A stretch of 62,144 bases of DNA, counting the filler, from a bacterium (lineage in GTDB: Bacteria > J088 > JAWLBW01): assembly GCA_041690355.1 (NCBI GenBank). It is 4 parts of 4 records of this genome, joined end to end, with 100 filler letters (N's around TTAATTAATTAA, not from the genome) between each part and the next. Parts side by side here need not be neighbours in the genome. Positions count along the whole stretch, not along the records: positions 19,143 to 48,634 come from JAWLHK010000031.1; positions 48,735 to 58,292 come from JAWLHK010000039.1; positions 58,393 to 62,144 come from JAWLHK010000041.1; 1 more part is not named here. One strand, given 5' to 3'. This document shows positions 48,583 through 60,082 of this stretch, one piece after another. The notes under the pieces were generated by a model. That model was not told where the DNA came from and made no database searches. It saw only the letters and a list, made by a program, of their open reading frames with translations. The first letter of the stretch is position 1. Each line of letters begins with the position of its first letter. The position numbers and the translations under genes are program-made.

Positions 48583-48634
48583 TTTCCCGCTTCCTCGGTG
48601 CTCAGCGCTCAGCGCTCGGCGCTTCCCCTCCCGT

Positions 48635-48734
48635 NNNNNNNNNNNNNNNNNNNNNNNNNNNNNNNNNNNNNNNNNNNNTTAATTAATTAANNNNNNNNNN
48701 NNNNNNNNNNNNNNNNNNNNNNNNNNNNNNNNNN
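48635..48734. other. Artificial contig linker
   Basis: N-run + TTAATTAATTAA + N-run. Confidence 0.98.
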
Positions 48735-49709
48735 CTTGCGCACCAGGTGCGGCTCGATCTGCTCGATGCGCCGCCGGCGCAGCGGGGGTACCCGTTGCGC
48801 CTCGCCCGGGTGCACCTCGGGGCCGTGCCAGACGCCGCCCGTGCGGGTCGCGAGAACGATCTGGTTGTCGGCCGGCGCCAGAAGGACGACCGCGTCGCGC
48901 CCGGTGTCGCGCAGCCAGCGGTCGAGGCGTTCGCTTTCGGCCGCGTCGGGGAGGCGGCGTTCGGCCACCGCAGCAGCCAGGGATGCCGTCTGCTCCGGCG
49001 CCGCCGACGGCAGGGTCGCTTCGAGAAGATCGGGCACCGCCTCGGCGCCGATGCCGAACCCCGCGCGCACGTCGATCCGGCGGGTCATCGTCTGGTGCCC
49101 CTGCATGGCGAGGCTGACCGTGTGCGCGCCTCCGGGAAGCTCCGCGATGACGAGCGGCGTGCGTCCCCGCTCGCGTCCGTTCACGAAGACGCGGGCGCTG
49201 GCGGGCGCGCTCTCGACCCGCAGGGAACCACGGCGGGCGGGAACTTGTGCCAACCGCACCTGCACGCGCTGCCGGAAGTCGGGGGGAAAGCGGCCGAGAA
49301 ACGGCCCCGCGTCCACCTGCAGGCGGCCCAGCTCATCGAGGTACCGATCGGCCTGTTCCTGATCGCCGTTCACCTCGTGGATGCGCGCCAGATAGAGCCC
49401 GGTCATCACGCGGTGACTGAAGGCCTCGGGTGCGAGGGGCTGCCCGGCCAGGTCCCGTTCCAGCGCCGTGAACATCGGCAGCGCCTCTTCGAAGAGCAGG
49501 TTGTCGTAGGCCCGCACGGCCTGATCGACGCGGGCCTTCCACGGGTCTGCGGCGGGAACCGGCAGTGCGAGCGGAACAACGGTCCACCCGTGGGGCTCGA
49601 GGGCGGCGGCCACTTCGCGCGCGGTGGTCGCATCGGCGCCGTACAACGCGAGAGAACTCTGCGCGGGCGCCGCCATCAGCAGCGCCGTCAACACCGTTGC
49701 AGCCACCAT
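48735..49709 (-). CDS. Secreted PEGA-domain protein (3' truncated)
   Basis: Signal peptide; GSLRVESAPASARVFVNGRERGRTPL...GAHTVSL. Confidence 0.8.
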
Positions 49710-49720
49710 GTGGCCCTCCT

Positions 49721-51351
<1,631 letters not shown>

Positions 51352-51355
<4 letters not shown>

Positions 51356-51693
51356 ACGGGCCTCCACTGGATGCGGCGCGGGCGCCACCCGTCGGGCACG
51401 AAAGCGAGCGGTACTTCGAAGACCGCGCTCGCCCGCGGGTGCGCGGCGGGGCGCCCGAAGGGATCGCGGTACGTCAGGAAGAGGACCTCGCCTCCATCGT
51501 CGACGAAGGCGACCACGAGCGGATGCGTGACGAAGCAGAAGTGGATCGCGTTGCAACGGGCGACGAGCAGCGCCTCCATGGCCCCCGGCGCCGGCGTACG
51601 GAAGATCCAGCCGCGCGCGCGGTCGCTGAAACGGTCGAGCACACCGCCCATCCACCGGTTCCCCAGGTCGTCGCGGAATTCCGTGAGGGTCAT
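51352..51693 (-). CDS. DUF192-like protein
   Basis: DRFSDRARG...RCNAIHFCFVTHPLVVAFVD...AVFEVP; Tad-cluster context. Confidence 0.65.
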
Positions 51694-52466
51694 CGGCGGT
51701 CCTCCAGGCGATCGAGGTCCCAGGCGCGCGCGTCGTCGCGCGGAAACGTTTCGCGCAGCATGCGCAGGGCGGCGTCGGCTTCGGTCTTGCGCCCGAGCTT
51801 GCGTGCCCGTACAAAAGCTGCGCGCCCGCGGTGGAAGCGTGCGGCCAGTTCCGCCTCGATGCGGGCTTCGAGCTCGGTCAGCTGCGGCGGCACGGCGGCC
51901 CCGTACAGCTCGCGCGCCCACGTGGCCGCCCGCCGGGCATAGGCGAGCGCGGCGCTCGATCGGCTTGCTTCTTCGAGCAGCTGTTCGGCCGCGCGATGGG
52001 CGCGCTCGGCCGTGACCCCCTCGGGCGGCGGAGGCGTGCGCAGCGCCAGTGCGCGCGCCGAGGGGCGTTCTGTGTCCACCGCATCCGGCTTCTGCTGCGC
52101 CATCCAGAGCACGCCGGCGATCATGAGGACCAGGGCGGCAATTAGAGCCTTCCGCAAAGGTGGCATCGAGGGGGCGGTCGCGGCCTCGCCGGCCTGAACG
52201 ATGTCGACGGGCACCTGGCCGAGCGTGACCGTGTCTCCGGACTTCAAAGGATGCGACGGCTTGCGCACGCCCGCGACCCAGAGGCCGTTGGCGCTCTTCA
52301 GGTCATGCGCGACCCAGCGGCCGCGCTCCAGGCGGATCTCGGCGTGATGGCGCGACAGTGACGGATCGTCGATGACAAGGTCGTTGTCCGGCGCGCGGCC
52401 GAGGCGCACGGGACTTTCGGTCCACTCAGTCTGCATTCCGTCGTAGCGGAGGATCAGCCTCGTCAT
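51690..52466 (-). CDS. FHA domain + TM + TPR-like protein
   Basis: LGRAPDNDLVIDDPSLSRHHA...DLKSANG. Confidence 0.85.
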   Translation of the reverse strand: MTRLILRYDGMQTEWTESPVRLGRAPDNDLVIDDPSLSRHHAEIRLERGRWVAHDLKSANGLWVAGVRKPSHPLKSGDTVTLGQVPVDIVQAGEAATAPSMPPLRKALIAALVLMIAGVLWMAQQKPDAVDTERPSARALALRTPPPPEGVTAERAHRAAEQLLEEASRSSAALAYARRAATWARELYGAAVPPQLTELEARIEAELAARFHRGRAAFVRARKLGRKTEADAALRMLRETFPRDDARAWDLDRLEDRR

Positions 52467-53011
52467 CCCGCGAACCCTCCCTGCTGCAAGGTGATTCCGA
52501 TGGCGCCGAAGATCAGCAGGAACACGGCCATGACGATGCAGACCATGGGAAGCATGAGCTTCACGGGCGCCTGCGCTGCTACCCGTTCCGCATGGTGAAA
52601 GCGCCGCAGGCGAATCCCCTCGGCCTGGGTGCGCAGGATGCGCGCGGGGCCGGTCCCCAGGCTTTCGGCCTGCAGGAGCGACGCGACCAGCAAGCGGACG
52701 TCTTCGGTGTCGAGCCGTTCGCTCAGGCGCCGCCACGCTTCGACCCGCGTGGCGCCCCCTTCAACCTCGCGCGCCATACGGAAAAGCTCGCCGGGGAGCG
52801 GCTCGTCCTTGCGCGGCGCGACCATGCGCCGCAGCGCCAGCATGAGATCCATCCCCGCCTCCACGCACAACGCCAGCCCTTCGAGCAGATCGGGCAGGTC
52901 ATCCAGCGGGACCTGCACGCGCGCGTTCCCGGTCACCCGGTGGGCGACAGCCCACCGGGTGAGAAGGAATGCCGTGATGGCGGCGGCGGTGAAGGTGAGG
53001 AGAGGGAGCAT
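52463..53011 (-). CDS. tadC: Tad platform protein TadC (T2SS-F family)
   Basis: LPDLLEGLALCVEAG, QAESLGT, AERVAAQAPVKLMLP. Confidence 0.85.
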   Translation of the reverse strand: MLPLLTFTAAAITAFLLTRWAVAHRVTGNARVQVPLDDLPDLLEGLALCVEAGMDLMLALRRMVAPRKDEPLPGELFRMAREVEGGATRVEAWRRLSERLDTEDVRLLVASLLQAESLGTGPARILRTQAEGIRLRRFHHAERVAAQAPVKLMLPMVCIVMAVFLLIFGAIGITLQQGGFAG

Positions 53012-53014
53012 GGG

Positions 53015-53827
53015 TTACTTAAGCTCGACTGATAACTGATATGTTCCGGACGTCTGGCCAACCGCCGCTACCGCAAACGTAACCATCACGTCGCCATTCG
53101 CTTGGAGGGAGTACGTTTCAATTCCTCCCTCAAAGTCCGAATCGATCAAGTCGGAGCCGACAACCAGATACGTTGCATTGTTCCAATCGTCATAAACTGG
53201 ATATGAGATCGCACTGTCAAGCTCTTCGCTAGGAAGAACCTTCACGGTAAGTGTCTTCTTGTCAGCAACGAAAACCTTGTAGACATCGTAGGTGTCGCCA
53301 CCTCCAAGAAGCGCGCTATATTCACCCGCACTAATTCCCACGGCACCCTCAGCTAGTTCGGGCGCATCCTGTCCCGATCCGGCGTCGTTTTGCGTAACAG
53401 CGGTAATCGAAAATGAGTACTCGCCAGCCCCTGACACCGCTCCAACCTGAAAGGAATATTTTTGGCTTCCAGTAGAGTGATCTGTGACGAAGCTAAACTC
53501 GATCTTATCGGTCGAGGCGATCATCTCCTCATAGAAACCCAACGAATCAAGAGCTGAAAGTCGAAGACCAGTTGTTTTGGGGAACAGAATCAGCTTCAAA
53601 GTCGACCCAGCTGGCCAGCGCACGGCATATGCATCTTTGTCTGAAGTGCTGCGTAGGATACCCACGTGGTCACCCCATTCGATTGTGAGTGCCTGATCAA
53701 GTTTGTCTGGAACGTCATTCGGATCTTCAAACTGCAATGACTGTTGCCGGTCTTCTGGATCGGGGTTTTCCGTCGCAGCAAGACAGGAAGCCAAGCAAAA
53801 AAACATCACAAAAAGCAATCGGGACAT
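53015..53827 (-). CDS. Low-GC acidic lipoprotein with two PPC-like beta-sandwich domains
   Basis: LASC lipobox; repeated D-x-P...G-x-L...D-x-x-D-x-Y...G-x-Y-x-L/F-S units; AT-rich codons. Confidence 0.7.
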   Translation of the reverse strand: MSRLLFVMFFCLASCLAATENPDPEDRQQSLQFEDPNDVPDKLDQALTIEWGDHVGILRSTSDKDAYAVRWPAGSTLKLILFPKTTGLRLSALDSLGFYEEMIASTDKIEFSFVTDHSTGSQKYSFQVGAVSGAGEYSFSITAVTQNDAGSGQDAPELAEGAVGISAGEYSALLGGGDTYDVYKVFVADKKTLTVKVLPSEELDSAISYPVYDDWNNATYLVVGSDLIDSDFEGGIETYSLQANGDVMVTFAVAAVGQTSGTYQLSVELK

Positions 53828-53841
53828 TCAACGCCTCCTAG

Positions 53842-54036
53842 TTAATTTCCGTCGGTTCCGCCTTGGGATTTATCAGGCGACACCGCTCCACCAATCGTAG
53901 TATTCGCATTCGTCAACATAGTGCGAATATTTTTTCCAAAAGCAGCCCACAATCCAATTGCCCCCACCACCACCAAAGCAACAATCAAGATGTACTCCAC
54001 CATCCCCTGGCCACGCTGATTACGCAGAAGCCGCAT
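53842..54036 (-). CDS. flp: Flp family type IVc pilin
   Basis: RNQRG|QGMVEYILIVALV prepilin motif; AAAGGAG RBS. Confidence 0.9.
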   Translation of the reverse strand: MRLLRNQRGQGMVEYILIVALVVVGAIGLWAAFGKNIRTMLTNANTTIGGAVSPDKSQGGTDGN

Positions 54037-54900
54037 GGTGTTCTCCTTTCGGGCGGACCGGCCGCCACATGGTTGCAGGATTCAGAATGCGCCGTGCCAG
54101 CAGAAGGGCCAGCAGCTGGAGCACGCCGGCCACCAGCAACACCGCCCACCCCGCCGGCGTACGGAACAAGGGGCCAATGAAATCCGGCGCAATCGCGAAT
54201 AGAATCAAGGTGAGCCCGGGAAGCACGCTCCCCATCACGACAAGCTGCATGCGCCCCTGCGCGGTCAACGTGCGCAGCTTCTCATCGAGAGCCCCCCGCT
54301 TGCGCTGATTCTCGGCCATCGCTTCGAGCGCGGGTATCAGGTTCGCCCCCATGGCGCGCAGCGGCTCGAGCACGGCCGCCAGGTTGCGCGCGCCACGGCT
54401 CCCCGCCCGCGCGGCCAACCCGCGGAACGCCTCTTCGACATCGCGCCCAAGGGCGAGCTCACGATCCATGCGGGCGAATTCGGCGCGGGTCGGATGCGCC
54501 CCTTCGGCCGCGATCCAGGCGACCGCCTGCGGCAGGCTGAGGCCGGCGCGCAGACTCGACGCGAGCATCTCGAGGGTCGCGGGCCATTGTGCTTCGAGGG
54601 CCGCCCGGCGGCGTCGCTGCAGGACGTCGGCGCCAACCAGCGGCGCTGCGAACGCGAGCGCGGCGAGCACGAGCGCCAGAAAGACTCCGGCCATCAGGAT
54701 TCCGATCAGCCAGGCGGCGCAACCGGCCAGAAAGGCGCGTTCGCTCCAGGCCGCAAGCTCGCCGTCACGGTCTACCGCGAGGAGCGGCACGGCCAGCCGC
54801 GCCCGCCACGATTCCCCCGCGCGGATGGCAGGGCGCGCGTGAGCGACCAGCCACAGGAGAGTCGCGGCGGAAATGAAAAGAAGCATCGACGTGAAGATCG

Positions 54901-54904
<4 letters not shown>
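54020..54904 (-). CDS. tadB: Tad platform protein TadB
   Basis: QWPATLEMLASSLRAGLSL, GANL, LRTLTAQGRM. Confidence 0.88.
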
Positions 54905-56357
<1,453 letters not shown>

Positions 56358-56358
<1 letters not shown>

Positions 56359-57140
56359 CACAGCTTCCCCTTGAAGACGCGGATGTTGCGGTTGCGCGCT
56401 TCCTGCACGTGGCGGCGGTGATCCTCTTCGAACAGGTTCGCGAGCGAGACCCGCGCAAGGTCTTCGGCCGTGTCGTGGTCGAGAGGGTTCCGCAGCGCAT
56501 AGGTAAGCTTGCCGGTCTGCTGGGCCAGGGTGAGCAGCGCGGCCTCGGGCTGCGTGACCGAGACCGAGAGCGTCCCCGCGCCCCCTGCCCCGTTCCCCAG
56601 GGCCACGACGATGACGTTCTGGAGCACGGGTATCGTGACCGTGCCCTCGGGGCGGCGGAAGGTGCCGAAGATGTCGATGTGATCGTTGACGCGGATGAGG
56701 CGCCCCGCCCCGGTGAGGTCGTTGACCGGCAGGGCGACGGCGCGCTCGTTGGGGCGCACGAGGGCGGTGAGTTCTTCATCCCCCTGCGGCGCGGCGAGGT
56801 CGCTCCAGAGCAGCGGCTGGCCGGCCGTGAGCGCCCGTTCGGCCCGCATCCCCACGAGAATCTCGCGGTCTTCGGGGCGCACGGCGAGCGGGTGCGCGGC
56901 GGTGCGGGGGATCGATCGGAGGGCGAGGTGGCGCGTCTCGACCGGCTCGCCCTGGGGAATCGCGCTCGCGAGGGTCACGATCGGCACCGTGGCCCCCAGC
57001 CCCGCCTGTTCGCGCCAGTGCGCCCGCTCGCGCTCGAGCAGGATGACGGCGCTGAGGCCGGCGAGGGCGGCGGCGAGCAACGGCACGCGGTTGCGGGCCA
57101 TCCACTCTTTCTGGAGGAACTCAGGGGATCGGAAGCGCAT
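56358..57140 (-). CDS. cpaB: Flp pilus assembly protein CpaB/RcpC
   Basis: TM, SAF domain, ERAVALPV...DHIDI...VLQNVIVVA...GKLTYALRNP. Confidence 0.88.
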
Positions 57141-57283
57141 GGTACCGCTCTCCCTGTTGCGTACGGTTCTCCACGGCCCCCCGCGCGCCGAGCAGGGCCA
57201 GCGCAAGGGTGAGCGAGACAAGCACGGTCACGAGCAGGAATTCCACAAAAGCCTGCCCGCTCTCGTTGCGGAAGGGATTCCAC
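57121..57283 (-). pseudogene. Minor pilin-like gene with apparent 1-nt frameshift after codon 4
   Basis: GTG GAA TCC CTT [C] CGC AAC GAG AGC GGG CAG GCT TTT GTG GAA would read MESLRNESG|QAFVEFLLV; no nearby in-frame start otherwise. Confidence 0.5.
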
Positions 57284-57286
57284 GCG

Positions 57287-57622
57287 TCACCGGCGGAAGC
57301 GGGGGATGGCGACGCTGGCCGTGTTCCCCTCTGGATACCGGGCGCGCGCCCAGAGAAGATTCTCCTCGATCTCCAGCGGGGAACCGTCGTCGTGCGGAAG
57401 CCCCGCCGCGGCCCGCCAGGCCGTCTCGTCCACCTGTTGTTGTGCTCCCTGGCGGCGCAGGGCGACCACGCCGACCTGGAGGATACCGGCGAAGAACAGG
57501 GCGAGCAGGAGGATGGCGAGGATCCCCTCGACGAGGATGCCCCCCGCGGCGGTGCGGAGGAGCGGCGGGCGCGTGCGGGATCTGGACGGCTGGACATCGG
57601 TTCGTCTCCCTTCCGGTGGCAT
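57287..57622 (-). CDS. TadE-like pseudopilin
   Basis: G|GILVEGILAILLLALFF motif and AWRAAA; start uncertain. Confidence 0.6.
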   Translation of the reverse strand: MPPEGRRTDVQPSRSRTRPPLLRTAAGGILVEGILAILLLALFFAGILQVGVVALRRQGAQQQVDETAWRAAAGLPHDDGSPLEIEENLLWARARYPEGNTASVAIPRFRR

Positions 57623-57774
57623 GGCGCGCCCAGAAATAACAGACCCGGCGCGCGGAAGTCAACGAAAAAGCAACAACGCGATCTTTTTTTCGGTTCGCCG
57701 GGCGATGTCACTTTTTGCTTCCGCTTTTCGAGCCGGGTGTGCTAGGGTGGGCGCATTTTCCCGATGGAGGATCC

Positions 57775-58167
57775 ATGCAGAAGACGCGAACCGCCCGATG
57801 GTTTCTCGGGTTGACGATGTGGATGCTTACGGCGTGCGGCGCTGCCGAGGAGGCGGAGACCCGGGCCGTCATGGTGCGGATGACGCCGGCGGCGCACGGG
57901 ATGCACGCGGCCGACGCCCTGCCGGCGCCGGTGGAGATCGTTCTGACCCTCGCGGGCCCCACCGGCGTCCGCACCGAACGCTTGACCCATGACGCGCATG
58001 GGGCGCGGTTCGACGCGCTGGCCCCGGGGTGGTGGCGGCTGCGCGGCGACGGGCTGGATGCCGACGGAAATGTCGCCTGGGTGGCGGCGCAACAGCAGTT
58101 CCGCGTCGCCCCGGGCGAGACCGTGCGCATCGCGCTGTCGTTCGAACCGATCGCGCCTATACCTTAG
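57775..58167 (+). CDS. Small lipoprotein, divergent from the Tad cluster
   Basis: GGAGG RBS; LTAC lipobox; beta-rich. Confidence 0.7.
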   Translation: MQKTRTARWFLGLTMWMLTACGAAEEAETRAVMVRMTPAAHGMHAADALPAPVEIVLTLAGPTGVRTERLTHDAHGARFDALAPGWWRLRGDGLDADGNVAWVAAQQQFRVAPGETVRIALSFEPIAPIP

Positions 58168-58292
58168 CGGGAATCGCCGGGCGGGGAAATACCATATTCA
58201 TGGTATGCCGGGGGGCACCTCACCCCCGTCGGCGCTTGCGGCGCCGTCGGCCCCTCGCCGGCGGATGGAGAGGGGGGGAGAGCGGGGGGCCG

Positions 58293-58392
58293 NNNNNNNN
58301 NNNNNNNNNNNNNNNNNNNNNNNNNNNNNNNNNNNNTTAATTAATTAANNNNNNNNNNNNNNNNNNNNNNNNNNNNNNNNNNNNNNNNNNNN
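58293..58392. other. Artificial contig linker
   Basis: N-run + TTAATTAATTAA + N-run. Confidence 0.98.
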
Positions 58393-58680
58393 GTACAGTC
58401 CACGAAACCCGAGGGCTGATATGTCGAAATGCCCCTGCTCGTGATGCAGCAGGTCGTCCGTCTGGCTGTCCCTCACCGCCCAGCTCTCGGCGCGGCTGAC
58501 GGAGATGGTCATCTGCACGCTGGGGATGGTCCAGTCACCGTCACGGGATTCAACCACGGCCCACGTCAACGGCCGGGCCCGCACCGTGATCTTGGCGTCC
58601 TCCCCCTCGCCTGGGGGCCTGCTGCGTACCGTCCCGAAGTTGCTCCACCCAACTGCGCGATTGAAGCCTGTGATTGCCAT
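58393..58680 (-). CDS. DUF922 family putative Zn-dependent protease (truncated by contig end)
   Basis: W-x-x-F N-terminus; SW...LLHHEQGHFDI HExxH motif. Confidence 0.75.
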
Positions 58681-58878
58681 TGTGTCACCCTCCCATTATC
58701 GCCGGCACACTCTTCGTGACAGCGACTGGTCCCAGGCCCGGGATCGGTCTCAGGCAGATCACGGCTGAGCCTAACCACAGACTGTCGCGCAGTCGCCGAC
58801 GCAAACACCGACAAATAGAAACATACCACGCCATCGTGAACAGGGCGAAAAGCTCGGGAAGGGATTGCCGAACAGATG

Positions 58879-58973
58879 GCTGCGGAAGAAGGTGCCGTTG
58901 CCACCGGACCTGTTGGCGCAGAACCAATAGCACAATAGATAGCTGCATAAAAATGCGTTAGAAGTCGTTTTTG
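58879..58973 (+). repeat. Left 95-bp arm of long palindrome interrupted by the IS
   Basis: Ungapped reverse-complement match to 61826-61920, 83/95 identical by manual count. Confidence 0.92.
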
Positions 58974-58993
58974 ACCCTCAAAACGGAAAGCGT

Positions 58994-59803
58994 TTAGCTT
59001 GGGGCGTAGCCAGGGCTCCTGGCGTGCCGTATGAACCTGTCGATGTAGTAGCGTCGGAGCCTCTTTCTGACAACCAGCGCCGCCATGCCCTCCTCGGGGA
59101 CGGGTAGCTGACCTTGGTTCAATTCCGTGATGGTCCTGAATGATCTGGGGATCGATTCCGCCAGCTTGTCGACCCAGTCGATGTGCCCTACGGCGAGGGT
59201 GTCGGCCAGTTCCCCGATCCTCCCCTGCGCGTTCCGTCGCAGACACTGCTCGGTTCGGTCGATGTACCACTGCGCGAACGTTTCCGCGTCCATCCCCATG
59301 CCCAGTGCCTCGGACACCGCCTCCGGCCTGACTGCCCGATAGCGCTTGCGGATGCCGACCAGTTCGCTCCAGCCGCCCTGCTTCCACTGCGCGGGATGCT
59401 GGATTCGCCCCTCGGCGACGAGGTGCAGATCGATGGCGAGCATGATGCCGAGAAGGGCGGGGCCGTTCTGCACGAGCGTCACTGCGTGCCGGTCGCGCCA
59501 CACGTGCCCCGGAGCGAGCCCGGAGGGCCTGAAATCATGCACGGAACCGCTCTGCAGCGTTCGCATCAATGCCGAAGTGCGCCGCGGATCGGCGGGCGTG
59601 AATAGCGCGTACAGACCGGTCGGGGCCACAAGGTAGTCGAGCCCGGTCGCCTTCTCCCCGGTGACGGTTTCCACGAGCCGCCGTCGGTACGTTTTGCGCC
59701 GACTGGCGAAGCGTAGCGCGCGGACGTGCGGCAGGCACCGGTGCGACACCAGCAGCGCCGCGTCGGGAAAGGCGTTCTTCGTTCGTCTCGTTCCTTTTGC
59801 CAT
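58994..59803 (-). CDS. RAYT / Y1 HUH transposase homologue lacking catalytic residues
   Basis: Scaffold motifs SHRC, GHVWRDRH, IDL, HPAQW, LAVG..DWV retained. HUH (NHxH) reads PTGLYAL; catalytic Y of YIDLN reads AIDLH; stop codon lies within IRL. Confidence 0.75.
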   Translation of the reverse strand: MAKGTRRTKNAFPDAALLVSHRCLPHVRALRFASRRKTYRRRLVETVTGEKATGLDYLVAPTGLYALFTPADPRRTSALMRTLQSGSVHDFRPSGLAPGHVWRDRHAVTLVQNGPALLGIMLAIDLHLVAEGRIQHPAQWKQGGWSELVGIRKRYRAVRPEAVSEALGMGMDAETFAQWYIDRTEQCLRRNAQGRIGELADTLAVGHIDWVDKLAESIPRSFRTITELNQGQLPVPEEGMAALVVRKRLRRYYIDRFIRHARSPGYAPS

Positions 59804-59820
59804 CTTCATCCTTTCATGCC

Positions 59821-59854
59821 TTGCATTGTCACGTACTCTAGTTATACTACTAGA
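59821..59854 (+). promoter_or_regulatory. Sigma70 promoter of the transposase operon with palindrome enclosing -10
   Basis: TTGCAT-N16-TATACT; TCTAGT-TATACT-ACTAGA. Confidence 0.6.
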
Positions 59855-59884
59855 TAACATGGTCCCATAGCATGGAGGTGTCAA

Positions 59885-60082
59885 ATGGGCTTCCGAACGA
59901 AAATCCAGCTGATCAACCGCAAGAGCAGCCAGCAATGGTACGTGAACTTCCCCTCGGCGTGTGCGCAGATGATGGAGTTCCGCAAGGGGGAGGTGATGGA
60001 GTGGGTTCTGACCGGGCGCGGCGACCTGCTTCTGCGCCGGGTGGAGCGGGAGGAGGTGGGCGACGATGTCGACGGTCGGTAG
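59885..60082 (+). CDS. Small AbrB/MazE-like DNA-binding protein
   Basis: GGAGG RBS; TKIQLINRKSSQQWYVNFPSACAQMMEFRKGEVMEW swapped-hairpin pattern; overlaps the transposase start. Confidence 0.7.
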   Translation: MGFRTKIQLINRKSSQQWYVNFPSACAQMMEFRKGEVMEWVLTGRGDLLLRRVEREEVGDDVDGR

